Of a DNA stretch of 64,000 nucleotides, positions 12,670 to 26,650 are shown piece by piece. Source of the stretch: Mobula hypostoma (Eukaryota); NCBI RefSeq assembly GCF_963921235.1, contig NC_086109.1, forward strand, positions 38,008,001-38,072,000, given 5' to 3'. Within the stretch, counting starts at the first letter, position 1, and each line of letters starts with the position of its first letter. A model generated the notes under the pieces. That model was given only the letters and a program-made list of their open reading frames with translations, was not told the DNA's origin and ran no database searches. Both the position numbers and the translations under genes were made by a program.

Positions 12670-15600
12670 GGGAGGGGCCATTGTGTGAGTGGGCCAGTGT
12701 TAGAGTGGTCACTCTTTGGCTCAATAGGCTTCGGAAATAGTAGGCGTAAGCTGAATGGGATGAGCCTTTTGGAGTCATTTTGTTGATTGTAGAAATTAAG
12801 CTGAAGAAGATAGAGCAAAAGGAATAGCAAGTGTAGGCAGGGTGGTAGTTAAGGCAGAGTAATGTTCCCAGAAGACTACATCTGCAGGAAGTACACCCAA
12901 CTTCAGCTCCTAATTGATAAGGTCAAAGAACTGGAGCTGGAGCTGGATGTACTCAGGGTCATCTAGGAGGCTTAAATCCTCTTAGATGAGACTTTTACTG
13001 AGGTGTCCACACCCAGAGTGCAGGTTTCAGATTGTAGATGGGTGACCCAAAGGAGAAGGAAGGAGAATAAGCAGTTAGTGCACGGTTACCCTGTGGCGAT
13101 TCCCCTCAGCAACATACATACCCCTTTGCAGGGAAGATGACCGATCAGAGCACAGCAGCAACATCCAGACAAATAGCACTATGGCCGGCTCTGAGGCTCA
13201 GCTGTCAAGGGAAAAGTCAGGTAGTGCGATAGTGATAGGAGGCTCAATATTAGGAGGATGGACAGGAGATTCTGTGGCTGCGAAAGACACAAGGATGGTA
13301 AGTTATCTCCCAGGTGCTGGAGTCAAGGATGTCTCAGAGTGCTTGCTCACTCTCCCTCTTCAGAATATTCTCCAGGGAGAATGAGCAGCTGGAGTTCATG
13401 GTGCACACTGGCACCAATGACAATAGGTAGAAAAGGAGAAGAGGTCCTACGCAGTGAGTATAGGAAGTAAGGGAAGAGGCTGAAGAACAAGACATCCAAG
13501 GTAGCAATCTCTGAATTACTCCTAGTACTACATGCTAGTCAGGCCGGAATCAGATGATAGTACAGATAAATGAAGATTTGGTACAGGGGGCAGGTTTTCA
13601 GATCTCAGGAGCATTGGGATCTCTTGTAAGGAAAGCATGACCTATACAAAAAGTTACACCTGAACCGCAGGGGAACCAATATCCTTACAGGCAGGTTTAC
13701 TCGAGCTGTTGGGGAGAATTTGAACCTACTGGGCAGGGGGATGGGAAAAACAGCGATAGGGTTGAAGATGAGGCCATTTGTATGCAAGCAGATGCAAAGT
13801 GTAGTGAGACTGTGAGAAAAGACAGGCAGATGATAGGGCAAAATGGTAGTCAGTGGGATGAGATGAAATGTAACATGGGGGTAAAGTCAAAAAGGGTGTT
13901 GAATACAGGACTGAAGGCATTACATTGGAATGCACACAGTATATGAAATAAGGTAGATGATCTTGTAGTGCAGTGAGAGACATGCAGCTTTGACATTATG
14001 GGTATCACTGAGCCATTGCTGTAAGAAAATCATTGTTGGGAACAAGATCCAAGGATACACATTATATCAGAAAGATAGGTGCGTAGGCAGAGACTGTGAG
14101 GTGGCTCTGTTGGTAAAAAATAAAATCAAATCCTTAGAAGGACGTGACATAGGATCAGAGATAGTAGATAAAATCCTTGTGGGGAGAATTAAGAAACTGC
14201 AAAAATAAGAATACCCTGATGGGAATTACATACAGGCCTCTGAATAGTGGCCAGGTTGTGGGATATAAATTACAATGGGAAATAGAAAAGCCATGTAAAA
14301 AGGGCTGTGTTATGATAGTCTTGGGGGCTTTCAATATGCAAGTAGTTTGGGAAAATTAGGTTGGTGCTGGATACCAAGAGAGGGAATTGTAGAGTGTCTA
14401 TGGGATGGTTTTTAGAGCAACTTGTGCTTGAGCCTGCTCAGGGAAAGTCTATCTTTGTCATGGTCTGATCCGTGAAGTCCGCATTCTGGTTCATGGTCTG
14501 GTCCATCGATCCTTGTTCCGGGTTTCCCTGTTTTCTCCCATGTTCTGTTGAGTGCCTTAATTGAGGCACCTGATTCTCATTTTGTGCTGGCTACATAAAT
14601 AGCTCCTGGGTTCAGCTTCATTTGCTGGACTGTTCCCTTCCCCTTCCTCCTGAAGCCTTGCCTGAGTCCTTGCCTGTAACCCTGGCAAGTTCAACCTCTG
14701 GAGCAAGACCGGGGCCTTCCTGTGTCAAGATAAGGAACAGTCTGGTGTTGTTTGGAATTGTCTCTTTGTGTCCTCGCCTTCGCTAGGTAGGTCCAGCCAT
14801 TTGCCACTACCTTGAGTTGGGAACTATCTCTGTGTCCTCGCCTTCACTAGATAGGTCTGGCTGTTTGCTGCTACCTTGTGTTGGGAACCGTCTCTTTGTG
14901 TCCTTGCCTCTGCTGGGCAGGTCTGGCCGTCTGCTGCTACCCTGAGTGGAGAACTGCCTCTTCCTGTTCAGTTTACTGTGTATAGAAAGAGCCCTGGTCC
15001 TTGGTCCTGTTCCCAAGGAGAAGGGTTCTGGCTCTATGTGCCATGTTCCTGTGTTTCAAGTCCAAGGCTCCGAGGTTCCTGAGTTCCAGGTCCAAGGCGC
15101 CAAGGTTCCTGTCTTCCAAGATCAAGTCAAGGCTTCGTGTTCTCGTCCTGTCCATGTGCCCCATCCTGTCCATGTGCCTCGCCCAGCCCAGGAGTACCCT
15201 GCCCAGCCCTGTGCAGGAGTTCCCTTGTCCAATGCTGGAGTTCCCACATCGCCTAGTCCTGTAGCCAAGCCTCGAAGAACCCTAGCCTCACCATGTCCTC
15301 GCCTAGTTCCAGGGACCGAGCCCGAGTCAAGACCTAGGTTTTGGGTCCTTGTTCAGTCTCTGGCTAGGAGTCCAAGCCCAGGCTCCTAGTTCCCAGTTCC
15401 TCGTCCTGGTCCCGCTTTCCGAGCCCAAGTCTGTGTTCCTGTCCCAGCACCTAGTCTGTGTCCAGTCCTGTTCCTAACTCAGACCTAGTCCTGTTCCTAG
15501 TACTTCACTGGTCTGTGTCTTGCATTTGGGTCCGCCTTCAGCAACCCCCTTATGACAATCTTCAATTTGGTGTTGTGAAATAAGCCAGATCTTATTAGGG

Positions 15601-17872
15601 AGTTTAATATAGAAGAACCCCTAGGAGGCAGTGATCATAATGTGATTGAATTCATACTGCAATTTGAGATGGAGGAGCATAACTCAAATGTATCAGTATC
15701 GCAATGGAATGAAGGGAATTACAGAGGCATCAGAGAGGAGCAGTGATAGGAATTTTCTGGAAGTTTCTGGGAATAGTTCACAAGGCGTGGGATAGAGATG
15801 TCCCACAAGGGAGAATTTTTCATATTGCAGGGGTAGGTAAGCACAGCTGACAGAGGAAGTTGAAGACTACATAAGTGCCAAGGAAACGGCATATAGATTA
15901 GAAAACTTAGTGGGAAGTTAGATGATTGGGAAGCTTTTAAAATCCAACAAAAGGCAACTAAAAAAGCTATAAGAAGGGAAATGAAAATTGAGGGTGGACT
16001 AGACATTAATATAAAACAGGATACCCAAAGATTTTTCAGTTATATAAAGAGTGAAAAGGAAGGTGAGAGTTGATATTGAACCACTGAAAAATGATGCTAG
16101 AGAAGTAGTAATGGGAGGCAAAGAAATAGCAGATGAAATTAATGGATACTTTGCATCTGTCTTCACAGTGGAAGGCACCAGCAGTGTACCAGAGGTCAGT
16201 GAGTGTCAGGGAACAGGAATGAATGCCATTGCTATTACATAGGAAAAAGTGCTAGGCAACCTCAAAGGTTTTAAGGTGGATAAGTCACCTGGACCAGATG
16301 GACTACATCTGAGAGTCCTGAGAGAGGTTGCTGAAGAGATAATGGATGCATCGGTCATGATCTTTCAAGAATAACTTGATTCTGTCATGGTCCCGGAGGA
16401 ATGGAAGATTGCAAATATCACTCCACTCTTTAAGAAGGGAGGAAGGCAGAAGAAAGGAAATTACAGTTCAGTTACCCTAACCTCAGTGGTTGGGAAAGTG
16501 TTGGGAGTCTATTATTAAGGATAAGGTTTTGGGGTACTTGGAGACAAATGATAAAATATGTCAAAGTCAGGATGGTTTCTGTCTAGGGAAATCTTGCCTG
16601 CAAAATCTGTTAGAGTTCTTTGAGGAAGTAACAAGTAGGGTGGACAAAGGAGAGGCAGTGGATGTAATTTATTTGGATATTCAGAAGGCATTTGAAAATG
16701 TGCCACACGTGAGGCTGCTTAACAAGATAAAATCCTATAACATTACAGGAAATATCCTGGCATGGATAGTGGAATGGCTGACAGGCAGGAGGCAGCGAGC
16801 AGGAATGAAAGGCATCTTCTCTGGTTGGCTGCTGGTAACTAGTGGTGTTCTTCAGGGGTCTGTATTGGAACCACTACTTTCCACATTGTTTGTCAATGAT
16901 TTAGATAATGGAATTGATGGCTTTGGCAAAGTTTGCAGACGATACAAAGATAGGTAGAGGGGTAGGTAGTACTGAGGAAGCAATGCGATTGCAGCAGGAC
17001 TTAGACAAATTGGAAGAATGGGTAAAAAGTGGCAAATGGAATACAGTGTTGTGAAATGTATGAATATGCATTTTGGTAAAAGGAGCAATAGTGTGGACTA
17101 TTATATAAGTAGAGAGAAGGTTCAAACATTAGAGGTGCAGAGGGACTTAGGACTCATGCAAGACTCACAGAAGGTTAATTTACAGATTGAGTCTGTGGTA
17201 AAGAAGGCAAATGCAATGTTGGTAGTTATTTCAAGGGCAATAGGATATAAGTGCAAGGAGATAATGCTGAGCCTTATAAGACACTAGTCAGGCTGCACTT
17301 GGAGTATCGTCAACAGTTTTGGGCCCCATATCTCAGAAAGGATGTATTGCCATTGGAGAGAGGCCAGAGGAGGTTCGTGAGGATGATTCTGGGAATGAAG
17401 GGGTTAACATGTGAGGAGTATTTGGCAGCTTTGAGCCCATACTCACGGGAATTTAGAAGAATGCGGGAGGGTGGGGGGGGGGATCTCATTGAAACGTACT
17501 GAATGTTGAACGGACTAGATAGGTTGAATGTAGAGAGGATGCTTCCTATGGAGGGGGTATCCAGAACTCGAGGGCACAGCCTCAAAATTGAGCAGCGACC
17601 CTTTAGAACAGAGGCAAGGAAGAATTTTTTTAGCTAGAGAGTGGTGAATCAGTGGAATGCTCGGTCACAGACCGTGGTGGAAGCCAAGTCTATGCGTATA
17701 TTTAAGGTGGAAGTTGATCGTTTCCTGATCAGTCAGGGCATCAAAGGATATGGTGAGAAGTTAGGTGTATCCGGTTGAGTGGGATCTGGGATTAGCCATG
17801 ATGGAATGCCGGAGCAGACTCAATGAGCTGAATGGTCTAATTCTGCTCCTATGTCTTATGGTCTTATGGTCT
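12670..17872 (+). mobile_element. Near full-length degenerate CR1 LINE (ORF1 esterase-like, ORF2 endonuclease and RT), interrupted by a solo LTR
   Basis: ORF1 remnant AIVIGGSIL..RMVSYLPGAGVKDVSE; endonuclease remnants at 13990-14360; RT remnant VDVIYLDIQKAF..VTSGVLQGSVLEPLL; 3' tail TCTTATGGTCTTATGGTC. Many stops and frameshifts. 5' boundary approximate. Confidence 0.88.
14456..15557. mobile_element. Solo LTR (1102 bp) with 5-bp TSD
   Basis: Termini TGTCAT...ATGACA; TSD ATCTT at 14451-14455 and 15558-15562; CR1 sequence resumes on both sides. TATA-like TACATAAATA at about 14592; internal tandem repeats. Confidence 0.88.
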
Positions 17873-19680
17873 AACTAAAAAAGCCATAAGAAGAGAAAAG
17901 ATGAAATATGAAGGTAAGCTGGACAATAATATAAGAGAAGATACAAAAATGATTTTTCAGATATATAAAGAGAGGCGAGGGTGAATATTGGACCACTGGA
18001 AAGTGATGCTGGAAATGGCAATGAACTTACTGAGTATTTTGCATCAGTTTTCACTGTGGAAGGCACTAGCTGTGTGCCAGAAATTTGAGAGTGTCAGAGG
18101 GCAAAAGTGTATGTCATTGCTATTACTAAGGAGGAGGTGTTTGGGAAGTTGAAAGTAGACAACTCACCTGGACCAGATGGACTACACCCCAGGTTTCTGA
18201 AAGAGGTGGTGGAAGAGGTTGTTGATAATGATCTTTCAGAGAATCACTGATTACCGAGAACTGGAATATTACAAATGTCACTCCACTCTTTAAGAGAGAA
18301 GGGAGGCAGAAGAAAAGAAATTATAAGACAGTTAGCCTTACTTCAGTGGAAGATGCTGGTGTAAACTACTAAGGATGAGGTTTCAGGGTAGTTAGAGGCA
18401 CGTGATAGAATAAGCCAAAGTGAGCATGTTTTTCTTAAGGGGAGATTTTGCCTGAGAAATCCGTCGGAATTATTTGAGAAAGTAACAGGTTGGATAGACT
18501 AAGGAGAGTAATGGATGTTGTTTATGTGGATTTTAAGAAGGCCTTTGACAAAATGTCACATATGAGGCTGTTAAACAAGAGCCCATGTTATAATAGGAAA
18601 GATACTACCATGGGTAGAGGATTGGCTAACTGGCAGGAGGCAAAGAGTGGAAATAAAGGGGACATTTCCTGGTTGGCTGTCAGTGACTAGTGATGTTCCG
18701 CATGTATTTGTATTAGAGCTACTTCTTTTCACATTATGTGTCAATGATTTGGATGATGGAATTGATGGTTTTGTGGCCAAGTTTGTGGAAGTACCGTAGT
18801 TAGGTGAAGGGGCAGGTAGTGTTGAGAAAGCAGGGAGTCTGCAGAAGTGCTTAGACATATTGGGAGAATGGGTAAACAAGTGGCAGATGGGATATAGTGT
18901 AGCGAAGTGTATGGTCATACACTTTATTAGAAGGAAATAAGGCATAGACAATTTTCAAAAAACAGATGCAATTTTAAAAAATCTGAGGTTTAAAGAGACT
19001 TGGGAGTCCTTGTGCAGGATTCTGCACAGATTAACTTGCAGGTTGAGACAGTGGGAAAGAAGGCAAAGGCAAAATGAGCATTCAGTTCGATAGGACTGGA
19101 ATATAAGAGCAAGGATGTAATGCTGAGGCATTATAGGCACTGGTCAGACCGCACTTGGAGTACTTTAAGCAGTTTTGAGCCCCTTATCTCAGAAAAAATG
19201 TGCTGGCTTTAGAGAAGGTCCAGAGGAAGTTCACAAGAGTGATTCTGGGAATGAAAGGGTTCATGTTTGAGGTGTGCTCGATGGCTCTGGTTCTTTACCA
19301 GTGGAGTTCAGAAAATGATGGCGGGGGTGGTGGGGAATCTCATTGAATATTGAAAGGCTTAGGTACAGTAGATATGGATAGAATGTTTCCTATGGTGGGT
19401 GAGTCTAGGACCAGAGAACATATCATCAGAGCAGAGGGACATCAATTTAGAACAGAGATGACGATGAATTTCTTGAGAGAGAGAGTAGTGAATCTGTGTA
19501 ATTCATTCTCACAGACAGTTGTGGAGGCCAAATCGATGCGTATACTTAAAGCGGAGGTTGATAGGTTCTTGATTAGTCAGGATGTCAAAAATTATGGGGA
19601 GAAGGTAGCAGAATGGAGATGAAGGGGACAAAAAAAACAGCTATACTGCAATGTTGGAACAGATTATGGTCTTGTGGTCT
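17873..19680 (+). mobile_element. 5'-truncated degenerate CR1 LINE
   Basis: MDVVYVDFKKAFDKMSHMRLL and C-terminal RMFPMVGESRTR; homologous to 15955-17870. Confidence 0.85.
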
Positions 19681-20135
19681 GATGTATCAGGAGCAGAGTG
19701 TTGTTGCTAATTTTACATATTTGGTACATCTTAAATGTTATAATGCAAAAGCAGAAAATTAACTGCAGCCCTGGGATGTGAAATTGAAAACAGCACTCAA
19801 ATTTGAAACATTCAAACATTGCAATTTTAACTTTCTTATTGCATACTATAATATAAATGTGATGACATGTTAAAAATATCCCTTTCCCTGCAAAATGATT
19901 TGGGATGTTCAACGAGTAAGTGTAAGTTTTTCTTTCGATGTTTGCCTTTGGAATAGGAACTAGGGATCAAATTAAATTCATGCACATACTTCACACAGCT
20001 AAGATCATACTTAGTTTTAGGTCACTAATATTCTGATTGTTGAAATTTCTTAATTACCACCATTTCAGCATTAAACAAGTATGGCTTTTCTTTCAAGGAG
20101 GAAATGTTCCACTCAAGATATCTGAAGTTTTCCTA

Positions 20136-21035
20136 AGCAACAAGCACAAAATGTTCGAGGAACTCAGCAGGCCAAGCAGCACCTATGGAAAAGAGTACAG
20201 TTAATGTTTCGGGCCGAGAGCCTTCAGCAGGAGATGAAGAGTAGAGTTAAAATGTGGGGGGAGGGGAGGGAGAAACCGAAGGTGATAGGTGAAACTGGGA
20301 GGGGGAGGGGTGAAGTAAAGAGCTGGGAAGTTGATTGGTGAAAGAGATACAGGCTGGAGAATTTGAATCTAATAGGAGAGGACAGAAGGTCATGGAAGAA
20401 AGAAAAGGGGGGAGGAGAACCGGGGGAGGTGATGGGCAGGCAAGGAGATAGGTGAGAGAGTCAAAAGGGGATGAGGAATGGTGAAAGGGGGGGAGCATTA
20501 CAGGAAGTCTGAGAAATGATGTTCATGCCATTAGGTTGGAGGTTAGTCAAGACAGAATATAAGGTGTTGTTCGTCCAACCTGAGTGTGGCATCATGACAA
20601 CAGTAGAGGGGGCCATGAATTGACATATAGGAATGGGAAGTGGAATTAAAATGGGTGGCCACTGGGAGATCCTGATTCTTCTGGTGGACAGAGCATAGGT
20701 GCTCGGCGAAGCAGTCTCCCAATCTATGTCAGGTCTCACCGATATACAGGAGGCCACACTGTGAACACCGGACACAGTATATGACCCCAAAAGACTTGCA
20801 GGTGAAGTGTCGCCTCACCTGGAAGGACTGTTTGGAGTCCTGAATGTAGTGAGGGAAGAGGTTTAGGGGCAGTTGTAGCACATGGTCCACTTGCAAGGCT
20901 AGGTGCCAGGAAGGAGATCAGCTGGGCGGGATGAATGGACAAGGGAGTCACGGAGGAAGTGATCCCTGTGGAAAGCAGAAGGTGGGAGGGGGAGAGGGAA
21001 AGATATGCTTGCCAGTGGAATCCTATTGGAGATAA
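20136..21035 (-). mobile_element. Penelope-like element, 3' fragment
   Basis: Homologous to 41000-41830 (GIY-YIG region plus pLTR); degenerate hammerhead at about 20200-20232. Confidence 0.85.
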
Positions 21036-21589
21036 CAAGTTTTTGTACTTGAGAACACTTCAAGAACATTGCATTATGAAGTATATTAAGAAATTCTGAG
21101 ATTGTTAAAGAAGTTCTTTCTTCATTTTAAATACCCAAATGAATTCTAGACCAAAGTATTATTGATGTCCTAAGTAAGTGTAAGTAAGCACCTGAAGAGG
21201 GAATATGATTATTTGCATCACTTGAATGTAGAAGGTTGGAAATAAACTAGCATATGTAATATGGCAGAAAAAAGGAGAACTGTTGGTAATAAATAAGGGA
21301 ATGAATGATTTACATGGGCAATTAAGCATTAAGCAATGGCAATGTTACCAAAATACTGATAATAATGGAGGTACTTCATTAAATAAGATTAAGAGAAATG
21401 GGGGCAACAGAATTTAGCAGATGAAATGAACAGAGCTAAGACGACATAAAGAGTGAGAGGGATCTTAAAATAGAAATGAACAGAGAATATTTGAAAATAT
21501 GAATAATAAAAAATGGAGAAAGTGGGTTTCATGGCAAAAAAAATAGAATTTAGAAATGATGTAGAATATTTGCTGAATTTAATGAGGAA

Positions 21590-23520
21590 AGCATTCACCA
21601 ATGAGAAGGAACTTTCTGAATGTGAGAACGGCAAAGAACAGGTTAATATGCTGGTACATGTTGATATTAAGAAAGAGAACATTAGAGTTGATAAGTCCCC
21701 AAGGCCGGACAAGACATAGCCCAGGTTACTATGGAAGTGAAGAAAGATATTGCTGCACATTTGACAATGATCTTTGCATCCTCACTGGCTGGAGAATTAG
21801 TACTTGAGAGTGGCAAATATTATTGCTTTATTGAAGAAAGTTAATAAGCATAATCAGTGTGACTTACGTCACAGGTGGGCAAACTATTAAAGACCATAGA
21901 GTTAGGGTTTTCTTAAAGACTGGATTTACAAGCATTTAGGGAAGCATAGTCTCTGTTTAGGGATAGTCAGCATAACTTTATGAGGGGCAGGTTGTGCCTC
22001 ATGAGCCTAATTGAATTCTTCGAGGAAGTAACAAAACAAATTGATGAAGGTAGAGCAGTAGATGTGCTATATATGGATTTTAGTAAGGTGTTCAACAAAG
22101 TTCTCCTTGGTAGGTTCATTCCAAAAGTCAGGAGGCATGGGATCCAGGGAAATTTGGCTACATGTATTCAGAATTTGCTTCCCTTCGGAGGGAGGAGGGT
22201 GGTAGTAGAAGGCAAGTGTTCTTCCTGGAGGTCAGTGGACTGTGTCATTCTGCAGGAATCCATTCTAGGAACCATCCTGTTAGTGATTTTTATAAATGAC
22301 AAAGATGAGGAAGTGGAAGGGTGGGTTACTAAGTTTTCAGATGGCATAAAAGTTGGAGGTGTTACGGATCATACAGAAAGTTATGGTAGGTTACAACAGG
22401 ACATTGATAGGATGCAGAGATGGGCTAAGAAGTGGCAGAAGACGTTCATCTAGAAAAATGTGAAGTGATACACTTTGGAAGGTCAAACATGAAGGCAGAG
22501 TACAGGGTTAATGGTAGGAATCAGCAGCGTGGGAGAGGAATCTTGTAGTCCATATACATAGATCGCTCAAAATTGCTGTGCCAGGTTGATATGATGGTTA
22601 AGAATGTGTACGGTGTCCTTCATTAGATGGGGGGATTGAGTTCAAGAGATGCGAGGTAATGTAGCTCTATAAAACCCTGGTTAGACCACACTTGGACTGT
22701 TGTGTTCATTATTGGTTGATTGTTATAAGAAGGAGGTGGAAGCTTTTGTGAGGGTGCAAAGGAAATTTACCAGGATGCTGCTTGAATTAGAGAGCACGTC
22801 TTATATGGAAAGTTTGTGGGAGCTAGGCCTTTTCTCTTTAGAACAAAGAAGGATAAGAGGTGACACTCACAAAATGCTGAAGGAACTCAGCAGGCCAGGC
22901 AGCATCTATGTAAAAGAGTACAGTCCGTATTTCAGGCCGAGACCCTTCGACAAGACTTTTCCAAGGATAAGAGGTGACTTGATAGAGGTTTATGAGATGA
23001 TAAGAGGCATTGATAGAGTGGACAGCCAGTGCCTTTTTCCCTGGGCATAAGAGAGAGCATAATTTTAAGGTGATTGGAGGAAAGGTTAAGGGGTGTCAGA
23101 GGTAGATTTTTTTGCACAGGGAGTGGCGTGTGCATTGAATTCACTGCCAAGGTTGGTGGTAGAACAGATACATTGGTGACATGTAGCAGACTCTTAGATA
23201 GGCACATGAATGAAAGAAAAATGGATTGCTATGTGGGAAGGAATGGTTCTCCTTCTTGGGCCCCTAGTTCCAGTGGAGTGTAAGCCATTGACAACCTCCT
23301 ACCTCCATCATTCAAAGTTGATGGTATATTTGGAGATCATCAATGTTTCTGTAATCCATGGTATGCACTGTACCAGAGCCCATTTCCACCTCTCACAACA
23401 GAGTTGTATGGTTGGAATTTGAGAGGCAGGAAGAAAGGGTAAGTCAGTCAAAAGGATGGCAGAACATCATGGGCCAAAGGGCCTGTACTGTGCTACAATG
23501 TTCAATATTCTATGTTCTCA
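21590..23520 (+). mobile_element. Degenerate CR1 LINE (RT to 3' end) with small insertions
   Basis: 157-aa RT piece (LIEFFEEVTKQIDEGRAVDVLYMDFSKVF); 3' tail TTCTATGTTC. Confidence 0.85.
22865..22962 (-). mobile_element. 98-bp PLE-derived cassette inserted in CR1 with 16-bp TSD
   Basis: AAGGATAAGAGGTGAC at 22849-22864 and 22963-22978; interior is the reverse complement of the hammerhead cassette (degenerate core). Confidence 0.85.
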
Positions 23521-23727
23521 AAGTGTAGGAGAAAATAGATATGATGGGTTCCCTAGGATTGTTTAGACATCCAAAAAAGTTAGAAAATATTAGCAATTAA
23601 AGATTAAGAAATGTATAAATTACACACACACAGGATGACAGATTCAAATTCATTTATTTATCACAAGTATATGTGAAGATACAGTGAAGTGCGTCATTTG
23701 TATTAAAACCAACACAACCTAAAGATG

Positions 23728-24105
23728 TTGTGTATAAGATGATGTGAGGCATTGATCATGTGGGATAGCCAGAGGCTTTATCCCAGGGCTGAAATGGCTA
23801 ACTAAACACGAGGGGACATAGTTTTAAGGTGCTTGGAAGTAAGTACAGAGGGGATGTCAGGGGTAAGTTTTTCCACACAGACAGTGGTAGGTACTGGAGT
23901 GCACTACCGGTGGTGGTGGTGGAGGTGGACATGATAAGGCGTTTTAAGAGACTCTTAGATGGGTACATGGAGCTTAGAAAAATAGGGGGCTATGTGGTAG
24001 GGAAATTCTAGGCAGTTTCTAGAGTAGGTTACATGGTCGGCACAACATTGTGGGCTGAAGGGCCTGTAATGTGCTGTAGGTGTCTATGTTCTATGTTTCT
24101 ATGTG
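23728..24105 (+). mobile_element. CR1 3' fragment
   Basis: Closely similar to 29693-30055; tail TCTATGTTCTATGTTTCTATG. Confidence 0.85.
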
Positions 24106-26199
24106 CTGGGAAAAGTGTTGTCACACATTCTGGCGACAACATAGCATGCCCACAATATTCAATAGGACAACACAGACCACAACAAGCAACAAAACAGTAA
24201 TTGCAAAACAAGCCCAACCCCCATCCAGCCCCCCCCCCCCCCCCACACACACACAGTCCTCCAACCCCAGCAAGCCTCTGGCCCTCAAGCCACCAGTAGA
24301 TTCATGGATCCACAAACAAAAGACAATACAAATTCTGAACATTCTGTAGATTTGGAATAGCTTCAACAATTTAACAAAACCTTTTATTAAAACTTCACAC
24401 TTACAAGACCTGATTTAGGCAACAGGTGGAAAAAAACAAGTTACCTTTTCATGTTGGCTGATGTGTTTTCCCAAAAGTCACGAGGTCAGTTGACATAATG
24501 TTTCTTTAACCTTTTCCCCTTGACTAGTAAATTAATGTTATATTTCAGAATTTAAATGCACAATGACTAAAATACATATAGGGAGACATTATTATAAATT
24601 CACTGAACTGTGATAAACTGTTGCTTGATATTTTTCCTTTTCTTTCCCTTAACAGAACATATGGATGAATAAAAACAAGAATTGATTTCAATTCAATATA
24701 ATAATAATTATATGATACAGTCAGGGCTGAGAGGATGGTTGAAAGGTAGGTTTAACAGATTTTGCTCCAGGTTGCATTTCTCTTCTTTATATAACAAAGG
24801 ATGGTTTATATTACTTTACCAATTTGACTACTAATACCCAACAGAAGTGCAACTCGGCCATCTGCTCCAAAGTGGAAAAGCATTCAGTTTCACTCATTGG
24901 ATTTCATTGTGGGGGACAAGTTCAGTTTTTTTTAATATACAAAGTCTCAGCAGATGGATCAAAGCAAAGTTAAATAGTAATATGAAGGAAACAAAGTGGA
25001 AGTTCTAGAATGACCAATCTCAAATCCAGTTTTAAAATACAAGGATTGTATTCCCCTGTTGGAATCCCCAAATAGATTAAAATTAAGAATTGCAACCCTC
25101 AGCATCAAAGAAACATAACATGATCACCAGAAATATCTTTATTTCTTCAGGCACAACCCAGCTTCCTGTAATTCCCATTACCTTCATTTTAATTATTATA
25201 ATTTTTGTTTTCTGTGTCTTCCTTTACCATCAACAGCTCCCTCACACACATCTCTGCTTAATGAGTTAGGAAGGGACAGGAAGGCAAGCAGACAGGTACT
25301 GGAATCACATCTGCTTTTGATGTATAGCTAATTCATTGTGTTTGATGCACGTATATCTTTTCTTCCCTTTCACATGCACGTCCATACAAGTTATGTGCAT
25401 ATGCAAGAATCAGAAGTACAAAACACTATGTTCAGCTCAAGCTCAACATCAGGAAAAGATGTGTCCTCTATGCTGATAATGAACATTAAAACTAATGTGA
25501 GCTCTTGGTAAAAATATTTTATGCAGTTAATGCACTGATCATTGTATGATGATAGTGCGTGAAGCTTATTGCATCTTAAACTGCTGTCTTGATAGTTCTC
25601 CTTAGCATTACATTTATTGCCAAACTAGCAACATAATAGAGATGTAGACTCATAGAGCAATATAGCACCGATACAGCACCAGCCCCCACCCCCCCCCCAC
25701 CGCCCCGACTCCATCAGTTCATGCTGACCACTGTGCCACTTAGCTGGTCCTAATTTCCTGCAATTAGCCGAAATCCATCTAGACATCATCTCTGCATGTA
25801 CCCATCCAAATGTTTCTTTAATGATAGCATTGTCCCTTCCTCAACCACTTCCTCTGGCAGCTCATTCCACATACTCACCAGCTTCTGTATGAAAAGTGTT
25901 GTTTTCCAGCAATTAAATGCAACCAGAAAATAGCATAACTGTTTGGGAGCTCAGGCTACCTCTGTAGAGATAAATCAAGAAATAAGTCTTCAGGTAATAA
26001 CCTCTCCTCAGAAAATTAAAAAATCAAAACAAACAGAGCTAGGACAAATAAAAGCAGTGAGGATGACGGACTTTGTGTTTGGAAAGAAGGAACAAAGGGA
26101 TAGGATGTGATGAAATGGAAGGCAAGATTAATGAAATTAATTTCACTAATTTTAATGGTTAATGAATTTAATTTTATTAAAAGTACCAGATGACAATAT

Positions 26200-26650
26200 G
26201 AGGAAATAGACTAAATAAATGGTTAAAAGGAGCGGCTCTTTGGGACAGACCTCGTTGTCTGACACAAGACTCATGAAGCAAGTGAGATACACCATAAGAA
26301 AAGATTTCCAGATGAACAGAGAAATTCTTCAAAGACTTCTACTAAATCTCTTTGAAAAGATGTAAAATCCTTATTACTTCATGGAAAACCTTGGCCTATG
26401 ACTGCCCAAAGTGGAGATAGAATTTATGGATAGCCAATGAGTACATCAAGGCTCTGCATAAGGAGCATACAGAGGTTAAGTGTAAACAGCAGTGCTCCGA
26501 CACATAATGTCCAAACTAAAACACCCGTAATCTCATTAAGCACCGGCTACTCCACCTGTGGCAGAATCTGTGACTCCTGCTGCACCTCAAAACTCACAGA
26601 ACTAGAGTGGGTACACGTCATCATGAAGGACTGCCAGATAAATAAGAAGA
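26200..26650 (+). mobile_element. Old RTE-like LINE 3' remnant
   Basis: ..STCGRICDSC.. resembles a C-terminal zinc-knuckle remnant; highly degenerate. Confidence 0.4.

Noticed and set aside
14946..15389. 147-aa and overlapping ORFs with repeated peptides
   Set aside because: By-product of tandem repeats inside the solo LTR; no recognisable domain.
15955..19680. Apparent tandem duplication of about 1.9 kb
   Set aside because: The two CR1 copies are substantially diverged with different deletions; they look like independent adjacent insertions.
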